A stretch of 55,834 bases of DNA from the NCBI GenBank assembly GCA_016209865.1, contig JACQVL010000262.1, positions 1 to 55,834 of the forward strand. The letters run 5' to 3'. A program made the translations under genes and the position numbers. Position 1 is the stretch's first letter. The number at the start of each line of letters is the position of its first letter. This DNA comes from Candidatus Latescibacterota bacterium (GTDB taxonomy: Bacteria; JAAXHH01; JACQVL01). Under the pieces are notes generated by a model. The model was given only the letters and a program-made list of their open reading frames with translations, made no database searches and was not told where the DNA came from. Below are positions 46,152 through 55,834 of this stretch, piece after piece.

Positions 46152-46594
46152 CGACCGATCACCTCGACGGTCCCTCCCGCCGTCTCGATCTTGCTCCGGG
46201 CCGACTCGCTGAACGCGTGCGCCCTCACGGTGAGCGGTTTATCCAGGATGCCATCGCCGAGGACTTTGACCGGCTGGTCGCTGTGCCGGATGACCCGCCG
46301 GGTCTTCAAGGCGGCAGGGTCGACCACCGCTCCCTGATCCCACGCCCTCAACGCATCGAGGTTGATCACCTGGTAGTCCGTCTTGAAGATGTTCGTGAAC
46401 CCGCGTTTGGGGAGCCGTCGCTCTAAACGCATCTGTCCGCCCTCGAACGACGGTTTGAGTTTCTTGCCCGCCCGGGCTTTCTGGCCTTTCGCCCCACGGC
46501 AGGCCGTCTTGCCGTGACCAGAGCCGGGGCCCCGTCCGACCCGCTTTGGCTTCTTGATCGCGCCCGGCGCGTAATGGAGTGCGACATCAGACAT
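46148..46594 (-). CDS. rplO: 50S ribosomal protein L15
   Basis: Start trimmed to the ATG at 46594. Contains [25 protein letters not shown]. Confidence 0.95.
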   Translation of the reverse strand: MSDVALHYAPGAIKKPKRVGRGPGSGHGKTACRGAKGQKARAGKKLKPSFEGGQMRLERRLPKRGFTNIFKTDYQVINLDALRAWDQGAVVDPAALKTRRVIRHSDQPVKVLGDGILDKPLTVRAHAFSESARSKIETAGGTVEVIGR

Positions 46595-46664
46595 AGGGTT
46601 CCTGCTTTCGATAAACAGCATCATAAAGGTTAAGAAACCTACCGTCTTTCACTCAACCTTAACC

Positions 46665-46865
46665 TCACCCTGCCTTGTGTTCTTCGATCTTCTCGACCTC
46701 AACAAGATGTTTCACCCGGAAGATCATCCCGCGGATCTGCGGCGTGTCCTCGTGGACCACGCTCTGGTGCATCCGGTGAATGCCCAGGGCGCGCAACGTC
46801 TCGCGTTGCCGTCTCTCACGCCCAATCGCGCTCCGCCGTTGGGTCACCTTCACGCGCACACCCAT
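46665..46865 (-). CDS. rpmD: 50S ribosomal protein L30
   Basis: 66 aa. ..VKVTQRRSAIGRERRQRETLRALGI.... Confidence 0.93.
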   Translation of the reverse strand: MGVRVKVTQRRSAIGRERRQRETLRALGIHRMHQSVVHEDTPQIRGMIFRVKHLVEVEKIEEHKAG

Positions 46866-46868
46866 CGC

Positions 46869-47369
46869 CTACCCTTTCACCGCTTCGACCTCGACCTGCC
46901 GAACCCTCGCCACATCGGACGCCAGTTTGAGCTGCAGGAGGCCGTCGAGCGTGGCCTTCGCCACGTTGTAGGGGTTCGACGACCCTAAGGATTTGGTCAG
47001 GATGTTGTGCACCCCGGCCGACTCTAAGACCGCGCGCGCCGCGTCCCCCGCGATCACTCCCGTGCCCGGGGCGGCTGGCTTGAGGATGATCTCTGACGCA
47101 CTGAACCGTCCGAGCACCCGATGGGGAATCGTGCCATGCACGATCGAGACGGATTGGAGGTGCTTCTTGGCCGCCTCGGTCGCTTTCCGGATGGCTTCGG
47201 AGAGTTCCAGGGCTTTCCCCATCCCCAGGCCGACATGGCCCTTCCCATCCCCGACGGCGATCAGCGCGTTAAAGCTGAACGTCCGGCCCCCTTTGACCAC
47301 TTTGGCGACCCGATTGATGTCCACCAACCGTTCCGTCAGATCGAACTCATCCGCGTTAATCCGTGGCAC
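46869..47369 (-). CDS. rpsE: 30S ribosomal protein S5
   Basis: 166 aa. ..[31 protein letters not shown]...AI.KA. Confidence 0.98.
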   Translation of the reverse strand: MPRINADEFDLTERLVDINRVAKVVKGGRTFSFNALIAVGDGKGHVGLGMGKALELSEAIRKATEAAKKHLQSVSIVHGTIPHRVLGRFSASEIILKPAAPGTGVIAGDAARAVLESAGVHNILTKSLGSSNPYNVAKATLDGLLQLKLASDVARVRQVEVEAVKG

Positions 47370-47415
47370 TGTGCACTCCCTTTCCCGCGTTCCCGATGAG
47401 ACTCCGCTGGACGGG

Positions 47416-47790
47416 TTAGAACTCGACCCCGCCTTCGCGCACCCCCTCCGCCAGGGCTTTCACCCGGCCGTGGTACCGGTACCCGGCCCGGTCGAACGCC
47501 ACCTTCAGGATCCCCTGCTGGCAGGCTCGCTCCCCCAGGACTTTCCCCACCAACCGGCTCTGCGCGATCTTGTTCATCCCCGATTCGATCTGCTGCCGGA
47601 CGTCCAGGATCGTCGTGGATGACGCGACGAGCGTGGCCCCTGAGGTGTCATCGATGATCTGGGCATAGATGTGTTTCAAGCTCCGGTACACGCACAACCG
47701 GGGACGCTCGGGCGTCCCGTTGATTTTTTGCCTGACCCGCCGATGCCGGCTGGCCCTCATGAGGGCTCGACTGGTTTTCTTCTGTGCCAT
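47416..47790 (-). CDS. rplR: 50S ribosomal protein L18
   Basis: 124 aa. ..[32 protein letters not shown]...S. and a C-terminal [14 protein letters not shown]...REGG..F. Confidence 0.97.
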   Translation of the reverse strand: MAQKKTSRALMRASRHRRVRQKINGTPERPRLCVYRSLKHIYAQIIDDTSGATLVASSTTILDVRQQIESGMNKIAQSRLVGKVLGERACQQGILKVAFDRAGYRYHGRVKALAEGVREGGVEF

Positions 47791-47807
47791 CTCTCTGACT
47801 CCACATA

Positions 47808-47826
47808 CTGACCACCGACCACCGCC
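47808..47826. repeat. Short heptamer array (ACCGACC class) in the rplF-rplR spacer
   Basis: CTGACCACCGACCACCGCC. Confidence 0.7.
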
Positions 47827-48363
47827 TTACACCCCCGTCTTCCCGGCCTTCCGACGAACCTGCTCCCCTTCGTACCGAATCCCTTTGCCTTTATACGGCT
47901 CCGGCTTCTTGAACGACCGGATGATGGCCGCGATCTGGCCGACTAACTGTTTGTCGATCCCCGACACCACGATCCGCGTCTGGTTGATGACCTCGACCTG
48001 AATACCCGGCGGGGTCTGAAGGATGATCGGATGGGAGAAGCCCAGCGCCAGCGTCAGGTTGGGCCCCTGGGCTTCGGCACGGTAGCCGACTCCCTGGATT
48101 TCGAGCACCTTGCTGAACCCGGCCGTGACGCCCTGGATCATGTTGGCGATGAGCGACCGCGTCAGCCCGTGCAGGGACCGCCCGAACTTGGTCTCAGACC
48201 CACGTTCGATGACGACGCTCCCGTCGTCGAGACGGGCGGTGATGGTCGGATGGACGGGGCACGACAACTCCCCTTTCGGGCCGTGGACCGTCACCATCTG
48301 ACCGTCGATCGCGACCGTCACCCCGGCCGGGATGGCGATTGGCCGTTTTCCGATTCTGGACAC
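47827..48363 (-). CDS. rplF: 50S ribosomal protein L6
   Basis: 178 aa. MSRIGKRPIAIPAGV.V......V.V.GPKG.L... Confidence 0.98.
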   Translation of the reverse strand: MSRIGKRPIAIPAGVTVAIDGQMVTVHGPKGELSCPVHPTITARLDDGSVVIERGSETKFGRSLHGLTRSLIANMIQGVTAGFSKVLEIQGVGYRAEAQGPNLTLALGFSHPIILQTPPGIQVEVINQTRIVVSGIDKQLVGQIAAIIRSFKKPEPYKGKGIRYEGEQVRRKAGKTGV

Positions 48364-48375
48364 GATGCCCCTCCC

Positions 48376-48774
48376 TTACCACACGTAACAGAGGACTTCG
48401 CCGCCCGTCCGCAACCGGCGGGCGTCTTGATCCGTCAGAAGCCCCTTCGGGGTCGTCAGGATGGCCACGCCAAGCCCGTTTAAGACCTTTGGGATGTCCT
48501 CCACCCCGACGTACACCCGCCGCCCTGGCTTACTTACCCGCTGCAGGGACGAGATCACCGGCGCTCCGTCGGGGCCGTATTTCAGGTAGATCTTGAGGGT
48601 CCCTTGTTTCTGGTCGTCCACATAGACGAAGCTGTTGATGAATTTCTGTTCGAGCAGAATACGAGCGATCTCGCGCTTGACCTGCGACGCCGGGATTTCC
48701 ACCTTGGCATGGCGCGCCTGACAGGCATTGCGCACCCGGGTCAGCATATCAGCGATCGGGTCGGTCATCGACAT
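48376..48774 (-). CDS. rpsH: 30S ribosomal protein S8
   Basis: 132 aa. [16 protein letters not shown]......V.IP.S..K..IA.IL..E. Confidence 0.98.
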   Translation of the reverse strand: MSMTDPIADMLTRVRNACQARHAKVEIPASQVKREIARILLEQKFINSFVYVDDQKQGTLKIYLKYGPDGAPVISSLQRVSKPGRRVYVGVEDIPKVLNGLGVAILTTPKGLLTDQDARRLRTGGEVLCYVW

Positions 48775-48819
48775 CAGTCTTCCCCCTTCGGACGGGACGC
48801 CCTGGGTGCTCGTCTGTCC

Positions 48820-49005
48820 CTACCAACTGGCTTTCGTCACGCCGGGAATCTCCCCCTGGAGCGCCAGTTCCCGAAAACAGATACGACAGAGGCCGAATTG
48901 ACGCAGATACCCACGGGGCCGGCCGCACCGATGACAGCGGTTGTACTGTCGGACCTTGTATTTCTGTGGTCGCTTGGCTTTGGCGATTAACGACTTCTTG
49001 GCCAC
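48820..49005 (-). CDS. rpsN: 30S ribosomal protein S14, type Z (zinc-binding, 61 aa)
   Basis: Start trimmed to the GTG at 49005 (SD GAGGGGGA). [57 protein letters not shown]. Confidence 0.95.
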   Translation of the reverse strand: MAKKSLIAKAKRPQKYKVRQYNRCHRCGRPRGYLRQFGLCRICFRELALQGEIPGVTKASW

Positions 49006-49044
49006 ACATCCCCCTCTCGTCACCGGACGTCCCTGTCGGCGCTC

Positions 49045-49596
49045 CTACGCACGCCGGAACGGCATCCCCAATTGCCGCAGCAGTTCGGCACTCTCTTCAT
49101 CCGACCGGGCAGTCGTGACGATCGTGATGTCCATCCCACGGAGTCGATCCACGCGATCGTAGCTGACTTCCGGGAAGATCGTCTGCTCAGACAATCCCAG
49201 GGTGTAGTTTCCCCGGCCGTCGAATGACTTGGTCGGAATCCCGCGAAAATCACGAATCCTCGGGATGGCGACGTTGATCAGACGGTCGAGGAACTCGTAC
49301 ATCCGGCTGCCCCGGAGGGTCACCCGGCACCCGATCCCCATCCCTTGCCGGAGTTTAAAGTTGGAGATCGATTGCTTCGCCCGGGTCACGACCGCTTTCT
49401 GCCCGGTGATGGCCGCGAGATCAGCCACCGCCGCATCCAGGACGTTCGCGTTCTGGGTCGCATCCCCCACCCCCATGTTCAACACAACCTTCTCGACCCG
49501 GGGCACCTGCATGATATTCCGGTACTGGAACGCCTTCATCAGCGCCGGAACGATTTCCGACCGGTATCGGTCCTTCAAGCGCGCCATCGTCTCCAT
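49045..49596 (-). CDS. rplE: 50S ribosomal protein L5
   Basis: 183 aa. The canonical MARLKDRY begins at codon 4, so the start may be 49587. Confidence 0.97.
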   Translation of the reverse strand: METMARLKDRYRSEIVPALMKAFQYRNIMQVPRVEKVVLNMGVGDATQNANVLDAAVADLAAITGQKAVVTRAKQSISNFKLRQGMGIGCRVTLRGSRMYEFLDRLINVAIPRIRDFRGIPTKSFDGRGNYTLGLSEQTIFPEVSYDRVDRLRGMDITIVTTARSDEESAELLRQLGMPFRRA

Positions 49597-49600
49597 CCCT

Positions 49601-49918
49601 CTATGCGGCCGGGATCACTTCCCCACAGCGCTTGCACACCCGCGCCCGCTTCCTGTCGTCCATCAGCCGCCGCTCCACGCGGGTTCCCTGGTTGCAACGC
49701 GGGCACACCACCATGACGTTCGAGATATGGATCGGGGCTTCTTTCTCGACACGCCCCCCCTGCGGGTTGATCTGAGATGGGCGGGTATGCCGGATGATGA
49801 AGTTAATCCCCTCCACGATGAGGCGTCGCTTGTCGGGAATGAGCTTCAACACCCGTCCGGTCTTCCCCCGGTCATCCCCCGCGATGACCATGACGGTGTC
49901 ACCTTTACGTACGTGCAT
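49601..49918 (-). CDS. rplX: 50S ribosomal protein L24 (KOW domain plus CxxC..CxxC C-terminal segment)
   Basis: 105 aa. [25 protein letters not shown].. and a C-terminal [19 protein letters not shown]. Confidence 0.97.
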   Translation of the reverse strand: MHVRKGDTVMVIAGDDRGKTGRVLKLIPDKRRLIVEGINFIIRHTRPSQINPQGGRVEKEAPIHISNVMVVCPRCNQGTRVERRLMDDRKRARVCKRCGEVIPAA

Positions 49919-49933
49919 ACGCAGAGTCCTCTT

Positions 49934-50302
49934 TCACAACACTTCCGGCGCCAATGAGACGATCTTCATGAACTGCTTTTCCCGGAGTTCCCGCGCAACC
50001 GGCCCGAAGATGCGGGTGCCGCGCGGCTCCCCTTCCGCGTCGATCAAGACGGCAGCGTTGTCGTCAAACCGGATGTACGAGCCATCCTTGCGGCGGGCCT
50101 CCTTGCGCACCCGGACGACGACCGCGCGCGCCACCTCCCCTTTCTTCACCGTCCCCCCTGGGATGGCATCCTTGACCGTGACCACGATCGTGTCCCCTAA
50201 ATGCGCGTACCGGCGCTTCGACCCGCCCATGACCTTGATGCACCGGACTTGTCGCGCCCCGGTATTGTCCGCCACGTTCAACCACGTATACTCTTGGATC
50301 AT
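49934..50302 (-). CDS. rplN: 50S ribosomal protein L14
   Basis: Start trimmed to the ATG at 50302 ([16 protein letters not shown]). The track start is a TTG three codons upstream. Confidence 0.98.
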   Translation of the reverse strand: MIQEYTWLNVADNTGARQVRCIKVMGGSKRRYAHLGDTIVVTVKDAIPGGTVKKGEVARAVVVRVRKEARRKDGSYIRFDDNAAVLIDAEGEPRGTRIFGPVARELREKQFMKIVSLAPEVL

Positions 50303-50321
50303 CGCGACCAACCTTCTCTGT

Positions 50322-50585
50322 CTATACCTGTTCTGCGCGTTTCACGACCTCAACGAATCGCCATCGCTTCAGTTTGCTCAGCGGGCGGGTTTCCATCACC
50401 CGGACGACATCCCCGACCTGGCACGTCTGGTCCTCATCGTGGGCCATGAGGGTGGTCGTACGTCTGATGTACCGGCCGTACAGGGGATGGCGCACCTGCC
50501 GATCCACGGCGATAACGACCGTTTTTTTCATCGCATTGCTGACGACCCGTCCGACTCGGACTTTTCGTTGCCCACGCTCGCTCAT
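50322..50585 (-). CDS. rpsQ: 30S ribosomal protein S17
   Basis: 87 aa. ..[25 protein letters not shown]... Confidence 0.97.
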   Translation of the reverse strand: MSERGQRKVRVGRVVSNAMKKTVVIAVDRQVRHPLYGRYIRRTTTLMAHDEDQTCQVGDVVRVMETRPLSKLKRWRFVEVVKRAEQV

Positions 50586-50830
50586 GCCTGCTCTCCTGAC
50601 TCCCCCGACGAACGGGTGTCCGTCCCGACGAGCGACCGAAGTCCTAAGTGGTGTTCGCGAATGATCGTGTGAATCCGGGCAAGATCACGACGGATAGCCC
50701 GGCTCCGGGTCGGGTTGGTCTGCTGTCGGGTCGCTCTCTGAAACTCCAGGTTGTACCGCTCTTCCTCCAATTCCATCACCTGTTGGAGCAGTTCCGCTTC
50801 TGAGAGCTGACGAATCTCATGCGGTTTCAT
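50582..50830 (-). CDS. rpmC: 50S ribosomal protein L29 (with a ~15-aa C-terminal extension)
   Basis: 82 aa. [44 protein letters not shown]. Confidence 0.95.
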   Translation of the reverse strand: MKPHEIRQLSEAELLQQVMELEEERYNLEFQRATRQQTNPTRSRAIRRDLARIHTIIREHHLGLRSLVGTDTRSSGESGEQA

Positions 50831-51272
50831 CCGGCTCTCCCTTCCGGCCGGCGGCCTGTGTGAGTTCTTCCCGGACGATGAACCGGGTCTTAATGGGCAG
50901 CTTGTGCGAGGCCAGCCGCATCGCTTCCCGCGCCACCTCGACCGGCACCCCCTTCATCTCGAACAGAATCCGGCCCGGTTTGACCACCGCCACCCAGTAC
51001 TCCGGGTTGCCTTTGCCCTTTCCCATTCGGGTCTCCGCCGGTTTGATGGTCACCGGCTTGTCCGGGAAGACCCGGATCCACATTTTCCCACCCCGCTTGA
51101 CATGGTGGATCATCGCCACACGCGCCGCCTCGATCTGCCGGTTGGTCAGCCAGCCCGGGTCGAGCGCCTGTATGCCGACATCGCCGAACTCCAGGGTCGC
51201 CCCACGGTCCGCCTTCCCAGTCATCCGGCCGCGCTGTTGTTTCCGGTGTTTCACCCGCTTCGGCATCAACAT
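50817..51272 (-). CDS. rplP: 50S ribosomal protein L16
   Basis: 151 aa. [25 protein letters not shown]. Confidence 0.98.
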   Translation of the reverse strand: MLMPKRVKHRKQQRGRMTGKADRGATLEFGDVGIQALDPGWLTNRQIEAARVAMIHHVKRGGKMWIRVFPDKPVTIKPAETRMGKGKGNPEYWVAVVKPGRILFEMKGVPVEVAREAMRLASHKLPIKTRFIVREELTQAAGRKGEPDETA

Positions 51273-51305
51273 CGGACGTCGTCTCCCACTCCGTTACTGC
51301 ATCCC

Positions 51306-52001
51306 TCAATTCCTGCGCGCTCGCCCGGTCGCCCGTGTCTCAGGCTCACGCGGCGCCTGCCCCGTGGGCTGTTCCCCCACCAACACATCCCCCTTGCAGA
51401 TCCACACCTTCACCCCGACACACCCGTAGGTGGTATGCGCCGTCGATCTCGCAAAGTCGATATCGGCACGCAGCGTATGCAGCGGCACGCGGCCATCATG
51501 AAAACTCTCCGTCCGGGCCATCTCCGCCCCGCCCAGCCGGCCCCCGCACGTGATCTTAATCCCTTCAGCTCCCATCCGCATCGCGGCCGTGATCGCCTTC
51601 TTCATCGCCCGCCGGAAACTGACCCGCTGCTCCAATTGCCGGGCGACACTCTCCCCGACTATCTGGGCATCCAACTCCGGCCGGCGAATCTCCTGAATGT
51701 TGATGTACACATCCTTCTGGGTGAGATGCTGCAACTCATCCCGGAGTTTATCGACCTCGGCGCCCTTGCGTCCGATCACGATGCCCGGCCGTGCGGTATG
51801 AATCCCGATGGTGACTTTCTTGGGGGCCCGTTCGATCTCCACCCTGGCGATCCCGGCGCGCGACAGACGGCTCTTCACGTACCGGCGGATCATCAGGTCT
51901 TCCTGGATGAGCCCCGCCATGTTTTTATCTGCATACCAATTTGACTGCCAGGTCTTGATGACGCCCAGTCGAAACCCGATCGGATGCGTTTTTTGTCCCA
52001 C
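51306..52001 (-). CDS. rpsC: 30S ribosomal protein S3
   Basis: 231 aa. [13 protein letters not shown]....W.S.WYA.... Confidence 0.98.
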   Translation of the reverse strand: MGQKTHPIGFRLGVIKTWQSNWYADKNMAGLIQEDLMIRRYVKSRLSRAGIARVEIERAPKKVTIGIHTARPGIVIGRKGAEVDKLRDELQHLTQKDVYINIQEIRRPELDAQIVGESVARQLEQRVSFRRAMKKAITAAMRMGAEGIKITCGGRLGGAEMARTESFHDGRVPLHTLRADIDFARSTAHTTYGCVGVKVWICKGDVLVGEQPTGQAPREPETRATGRARRN

Positions 52002-52040
52002 CCTGCACTCTCCTGTCTGGCCGACGCCCGGTCCGCGCGC

Positions 52041-52388
52041 TTACACGGCCGTCTCCGAGACGACAACGGTGATGTGGCTGGTCCGCTTCCTGAGCCGGGA
52101 GGCCATGCCGCGCGGCCCGTAATAGATGCGTTTCTGCATCGGCCCCCCGTCGACGTAGATCGTCTTGATGCGTAAACTCTCGACGTCGACGTTGGCGCTC
52201 CCATCCGCGTTGATCGCGTTCGCCGCGGCCGAGCGGACGGTCTTCTCCAACGGACGGGCCGCCGCCTTCGGCACGAACTGCAGGATGTTCAGCGCCTCCT
52301 GCACCGTCTTGCCACGGATGAGTTCGACGACCTGACGCAACTTGCGGGCAGAGCCGGGAACCTGTCGCGCCACTGCACGGGCTTCCAT
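52041..52388 (-). CDS. rplV: 50S ribosomal protein L22
   Basis: 115 aa. MEARAVAR.V..SARKLR.VV.LIRGK.V.EAL.IL.F..K.AA. Confidence 0.97.
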   Translation of the reverse strand: MEARAVARQVPGSARKLRQVVELIRGKTVQEALNILQFVPKAAARPLEKTVRSAAANAINADGSANVDVESLRIKTIYVDGGPMQKRIYYGPRGMASRLRKRTSHITVVVSETAV

Positions 52389-52404
52389 GGGTGAAACTCC
52401 TTCT

Positions 52405-52692
52405 TCATTTTAACACCGTCGTTCGCTCCGTGATCCGTCCACTATGCCCGCGGAACGTCCGGGTCGGGGCAAACTCCCCCAACTTATGGCCGACCATGTT
52501 CTCCGAGATGTACACCGGCATGAATTTATTCCCGTTATGGATGGCGAGCGTGTGGCCGACAAACTCCGGGGTGATCGTACAATCCCGCGCCCAGGTCCGG
52601 ATCACCCGCTTCTCCCCCGTCCGGTTCATCTCTTCGATCTTCCGGAGCACGCTCGGGTCCACATACGGCCCCTTCTTGATCGACCGAGCCAT
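52405..52692 (-). CDS. rpsS: 30S ribosomal protein S19
   Basis: Start trimmed to the ATG at 52692 ([12 protein letters not shown]). The upstream part of the track ORF is translated heptamer repeat. Confidence 0.97.
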   Translation of the reverse strand: MARSIKKGPYVDPSVLRKIEEMNRTGEKRVIRTWARDCTITPEFVGHTLAIHNGNKFMPVYISENMVGHKLGEFAPTRTFRGHSGRITERTTVLK

Positions 52693-52708
52693 ACAGACCT
52701 CCTCAAGG

Positions 52709-52806
52709 CAGTGACAGGTGACGAGTGACAAGTGACGAATAAGAGCCAAGAAAACCTGTCTGTTCAGAATGTTTTTTCTCGTCACTCGTCACTTACAACT
52801 CGTCAC
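52709..52806. repeat. Heptamer-arm palindrome (AGTGACG / CGTCACT class) in the rplB-rpsS spacer
   Basis: Left arm CAGTGAC AGGTGAC GAGTGAC AAGTGAC GA (52709-52738). Right arm CTCGTCACTCGTCACTTACAACTCGTCAC (52778-52806). Confidence 0.9.
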
Positions 52807-52814
52807 GGCTCTTC

Positions 52815-53636
52815 TCACTTCCGTTTCTTCACGATCAACGTGTTCGGCTTCTTCTTCCGTCGCGTCTTAAACCCTTTGGCAAGCTGGCCCCACGGGCTGC
52901 ACGGATGCCGCCCGCCGGAACTCTTCCCCTCGCCCCCACCCATCGGATGGTCGACCGGGTTCTTCGCCACCCCACGCGAATACGGCCGTTTGCCGAGCCA
53001 CCGGGACCGCCCCGCCTTCCCGATGGAGATGTTCTCGTGCTCCACATTCCCGACCTGGCCGACCGTCGCGGAACAGAGTAACGGAACTCGCCGGATTTCT
53101 CCGGAAGGCAGACGGAGGTGCGCGAACTCCCCTTCCTTCGCCATCAACTGGGCGACAGACCCGGCAGACCGCACGATCTGTCCCCCCCTGCCGGGAGACA
53201 ACTCGATGTTATGCACCATCGTCCCTAACGGGAGCTTCCCCAGCGGGAGATGGTTCCCGTCCCGGATGTCCGCCATCTCCCCGGACATCACCGTCGCGCC
53301 CACGGTGAGGCCCACCGGAGCCAGGATGTACCGCTTCTCGCCGTCGGCGTAATAGAGCAACGCGATGCGGGCAGACCGGTTCGGGTCGTACTCGATCGTT
53401 TTGACGCGCGCCGGGATTCCGATTTTCTCCCGCTTGAAATCGATCATCCGGTACAGCCGTTTATGGCCGTTGCCCCGGTGCCGGCTGGTCATCCGGCCCA
53501 GGTTGTTCCGGCCTCCACTGCTCTTGAATGACTGGAGCAATGAGGGCTCCGGTTTCGTCGCGGTCACTTCCTCAAACGTCGAGACCGTCTTGAACCGCTG
53601 TGACGGCGTGAGGGGTCGAAACGCTCGAACTGGCAT
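52815..53636 (-). CDS. rplB: 50S ribosomal protein L2
   Basis: Start trimmed to the ATG at 53636 (SD GAGGAA). [15 protein letters not shown].. and a C-terminal [18 protein letters not shown]. Confidence 0.98.
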   Translation of the reverse strand: MPVRAFRPLTPSQRFKTVSTFEEVTATKPEPSLLQSFKSSGGRNNLGRMTSRHRGNGHKRLYRMIDFKREKIGIPARVKTIEYDPNRSARIALLYYADGEKRYILAPVGLTVGATVMSGEMADIRDGNHLPLGKLPLGTMVHNIELSPGRGGQIVRSAGSVAQLMAKEGEFAHLRLPSGEIRRVPLLCSATVGQVGNVEHENISIGKAGRSRWLGKRPYSRGVAKNPVDHPMGGGEGKSSGGRHPCSPWGQLAKGFKTRRKKKPNTLIVKKRK

Positions 53637-53654
53637 GGTGAGATTCCTCAACAA

Positions 53655-53751
53655 CAGTGACGAGTGGCCAATGACGAGTGACGAGAAAGAGCAAAAATGA
53701 GTGAGAACATGGAGGTATGATGTTTACTTGTCACTCGTCACTTGTCACTGA
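53655..53751. repeat. Heptamer-arm palindrome (AGTGACG / CGTCACT class) in the rplW-rplB spacer
   Basis: Left arm CAGTGAC GAGTGGC CAATGAC GAGTGAC GAG (53655-53685). Right arm CTTGTCACTCGTCACTTGTCACTGA (53727-53751). Confidence 0.9.
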
Positions 53752-53759
53752 TTTCAGGC

Positions 53760-54050
53760 TTACACTCCCGCATACAGATCGATCACATCTCCGGAGGCAA
53801 GCGTCACGATCGCCTTCTTCCAATCCGGGCGCTTCCCTTCAAACCGTCCCAACCGTTTGACTTTGCCTTTCATCCGGATCGTCCTGACGGAAACGACATG
53901 CACGTGAAAGATCTCCTCGATCGCCCGTCCGATCTCCAGTTTGTTCGCATCACAATCGACCTCAAAGACGTATTTATTCTCTTTCTCCCGTAAGTCGTTG
54001 TTCTTTTCCGTCAACAACGGCCTGCCGATGATCGACCGCGCGCGCTTCAT
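53760..54050 (-). CDS. rplW: 50S ribosomal protein L23
   Basis: 96 aa. ..I.RPLLTEK........NKYVFEV...ANK.EI..A.E..F.V.V..V.T. Confidence 0.96.
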   Translation of the reverse strand: MKRARSIIGRPLLTEKNNDLREKENKYVFEVDCDANKLEIGRAIEEIFHVHVVSVRTIRMKGKVKRLGRFEGKRPDWKKAIVTLASGDVIDLYAGV

Positions 54051-54676
54051 GCCTTCAACCCCTCCTCCACCTGCTTCAGCCCCTCACGCGTCACCAGCAG
54101 GTACTCGTGATGCAGCATCTCGTGGATGTGCGCCTGGCGGGCAAGGTCGACGAGGACGCCCGGGAGGTTCTGGCAAGATTTGTAGACTGCCGCGTCCGAC
54201 CGGTCCATCAACACCAGGCACTTCTTCGACCCCAGATTCATCGTCTTCAAGAGAGCGGCCATTCGTGCGGTCTTGGGTTCGTCGAACGCCAGGTTCTCGA
54301 TCACCAGCACCGCGTCATTCTTCGCCCGTGTCGACAGGACGGACCGGAGGGCGAGCCGTCGGACTTTCTTCGGGATCTCGTACCGGTACTCCCGCGGCTT
54401 CGGGCCGAACGCGCGTCCCCCTCCGACCCGGCTGGGCGACCGGGCCGACCCCATGCGCGCCCGTCCCAGACCCTTCTGCCGGAACATTTTCTTGCTCGTA
54501 AACTTCACGTCCGATCGGGTCTTCGTCCGGACCGTCCCCTGCCGCTGGTTGGCCAGGTACATCTTCTCCGCCTCGTAGATCGCGTGTTCGTTCGGTTCGA
54601 TCCCGAACACGTCGGGCGCGAGCTCGATCCGGCCCTGCTCGACCCCATCGGTCCCGTATAATCGCGCTGTCGGCAT
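54047..54676 (-). CDS. rplD: 50S ribosomal protein L4
   Basis: Start trimmed to the ATG at 54676 (SD GAGGA). ..RQGT..TKTRS.V..S.KK..RQKG.GRAR.GS..SP...GGG.AFGPKPR.Y. Confidence 0.97.
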   Translation of the reverse strand: MPTARLYGTDGVEQGRIELAPDVFGIEPNEHAIYEAEKMYLANQRQGTVRTKTRSDVKFTSKKMFRQKGLGRARMGSARSPSRVGGGRAFGPKPREYRYEIPKKVRRLALRSVLSTRAKNDAVLVIENLAFDEPKTARMAALLKTMNLGSKKCLVLMDRSDAAVYKSCQNLPGVLVDLARQAHIHEMLHHEYLLVTREGLKQVEEGLKA

Positions 54677-54717
54677 CCTTGTCCTCACCGTGCGGCGTCC
54701 GTCTTCAGGCGGCGCTT

Positions 54718-55338
54718 TTACGCACGCCTGATCATCACATAGCCGTTCGTGTGACCGGGCACCGCTCCCCTGATCAAGAGGAGGTTGCGGTCGCGGTCGA
54801 CCCCGACCACCTGGAGGTTCTTGACCGTCACCCGGTTGTTGCCCATCCGCCCCGCCATCCGGGTTCCTTTGAACACGCGGGACGGGTAGGCGCTCGACCC
54901 GATCGACCCGGGGGCCCGTTCCCGGTCGCTCTGCCCGCGGGTTCGCGGCCCGCCCGCGAACTTATGCCGCCTGACCACTCCCTGGAACCCGCGCCCCTTC
55001 GAAATCCCCGTCACATCGACCAGATCACCGACGGCAAACGTGTCCGCGCCGAACGTCTGACCCGGCTGATACACGCCAGGGTCGTCGACGCGAAACTCCC
55101 GGAGCATCGTCTTGGGGGAGACCCCGGCTTTCGTGAAATGCCCTCTCAACGGCTTCGTCGTCCCCTTCTCCCGGCGATCCCCGAACCCGACCTGAACCGC
55201 GTCGTATCCGTCCGCCTTCCCAGTCTTTACCTGGGTGATGGAACATGGCCCCGCCTCGATCACCGTGACCGGAACGGCATCCCCATCCGGGGTGAACACC
55301 TGAGTCATGCCTAATTTTTTGCCCAACAGACCGTCCAT
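54718..55338 (-). CDS. rplC: 50S ribosomal protein L3
   Basis: 206 aa. ..LLGKKLGMTQVF...G...PVTVIEAGPC. Confidence 0.98.
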   Translation of the reverse strand: MDGLLGKKLGMTQVFTPDGDAVPVTVIEAGPCSITQVKTGKADGYDAVQVGFGDRREKGTTKPLRGHFTKAGVSPKTMLREFRVDDPGVYQPGQTFGADTFAVGDLVDVTGISKGRGFQGVVRRHKFAGGPRTRGQSDRERAPGSIGSSAYPSRVFKGTRMAGRMGNNRVTVKNLQVVGVDRDRNLLLIRGAVPGHTNGYVMIRRA

Positions 55339-55347
55339 CTCCGGCTC

Positions 55348-55656
55348 CTACACCCTGATCTCGACATCGACGCCCGCCGGCAGGTCGAGCTTCATCAACG
55401 CATCCACCGCCTGGGGGGACGATTCATAGATATCGATCAACCGCTTATGCACACGAATCTCGAATTGTTCTCTCGACTTCTTATCGATGAACGGAGACCG
55501 TAAGACGGTGTAGATCGTCCGTTTCGTCGGCAGGGGGATCGGTCCCAACACCTTGGCGCCGGCCCGCTGGACCGCCTGGGCGATCTCCCGCGCGGACTTA
55601 TCCAGCATCGCATGATCGCACGCTTTTAACCGAATTCGTATCTTCTGACCGGGCAT
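55348..55656 (-). CDS. rpsJ: 30S ribosomal protein S10
   Basis: 102 aa. ..[14 protein letters not shown]...I....R.GA.V.GPIPLPT. Confidence 0.98.
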   Translation of the reverse strand: MPGQKIRIRLKACDHAMLDKSAREIAQAVQRAGAKVLGPIPLPTKRTIYTVLRSPFIDKKSREQFEIRVHKRLIDIYESSPQAVDALMKLDLPAGVDVEIRV

Positions 55657-55704
55657 CTGATCCCCTCCTTGACACCTTTGCGTTCTTTGCGGTGAACAAA
55701 AGGC

Positions 55705-55834
55705 TTATTCGAGGATATTCGTGACGACGCCGGCGCCGACGGTGCGGCCACCCTCCCGAATCGCAAACCGCAACTCCCGCTCCATCGCAATCGGCTGCAC
55801 CAACGCCACCTCCATCGTCACATTGTCCCCCGGC
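55705..55834 (-). CDS. tuf: Elongation factor Tu, C-terminal 42 codons (the 5' part lies outside the window)
   Basis: My translation of the rc is [42 protein letters not shown], with a TAA stop at 55705-55707 (rc). Confidence 0.93.
   Translation of the reverse strand, partial: PGDNVTMEVALVQPIAMERELRFAIREGGRTVGAGVVTNILE

Noticed and set aside
49601-49918. CxxC..CxxC segments in L24, S14 (type Z) and L36 as something unusual.
   Set aside because: Zinc-ribbon forms of these ribosomal proteins are common across bacteria. This is ordinary variation.

Overview
This is a high-GC bacterial chromosomal segment. Most 60-nt lines I hand-counted are about 63-73 % G+C. It contains no rRNA, tRNA, CRISPR array, integrase or transposase, so the lineage cannot be placed from this window. 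It looks like an uncultivated environmental bacterium. All family calls come from reading the supplied translations and from memory of family motifs; no searches were run.

Layout:
- 39.7-55.8 kb, minus strand: a complete tuf / S10 / spc / alpha ribosomal-protein superoperon, running rpsJ ... rplQ and including secY, adk, map, infA, rpmJ and rpoA.
- 0-39.7 kb: mostly housekeeping genes. These are fabV (partial), an EamA transporter, a PHP phosphatase, trmB, an ArsA-like ATPase, an NHL propeller, a 2-hydroxyacid dehydrogenase, a Cys/Met PLP enzyme, a GWxTD-like protein, hflX, a BatA-like protein, carA, a B12-radical-SAM protein, ggt, an amidinotransferase-fold enzyme, ligA, a methyltransferase, secDF, a sigma54 two-component pair, a murG-HEAT fusion, mraY, a VWA protein, a chlorite-dismutase-family protein and a Tat-signal aminotransferase.

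Two things are not explained by ordinary annotation:
1. A ~1.7 kb low-GC island at 6428-8133. It encodes an SMC/ABC-like (AAA_21-type) ATPase that is translationally coupled to a 115-aa partner with no motif I can assign. The ATPase carries an apparent 1-nt frameshift near its 5' end. This is the best candidate for an accessory, defence-type module.
2. A dispersed family of at least 19 intergenic elements. They are built from tandem heptanucleotide arrays arranged as inverted arms, and the arm sequences covary (AAGGACG/CGTCCTT, AGTGACG/CGTCACT, GGTCGGT/ACCGACC, GGGGTCA/TGACCCC, CGGGGTA/TACCCCG, GGGCAGT/ACTGCCC). Many surround a conserved 25-27 nt GNRA-loop hairpin, GTCATTCCCGCGCAAGCGGGAATCC(AT). 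These elements have invaded spacers inside the ribosomal-protein operon, they sit directly against Shine-Dalgarno sites, and they supply the last codons and stop codons of several genes.

Many long ORFs in the track are antisense shadow ORFs of a high-GC genome and were rejected.
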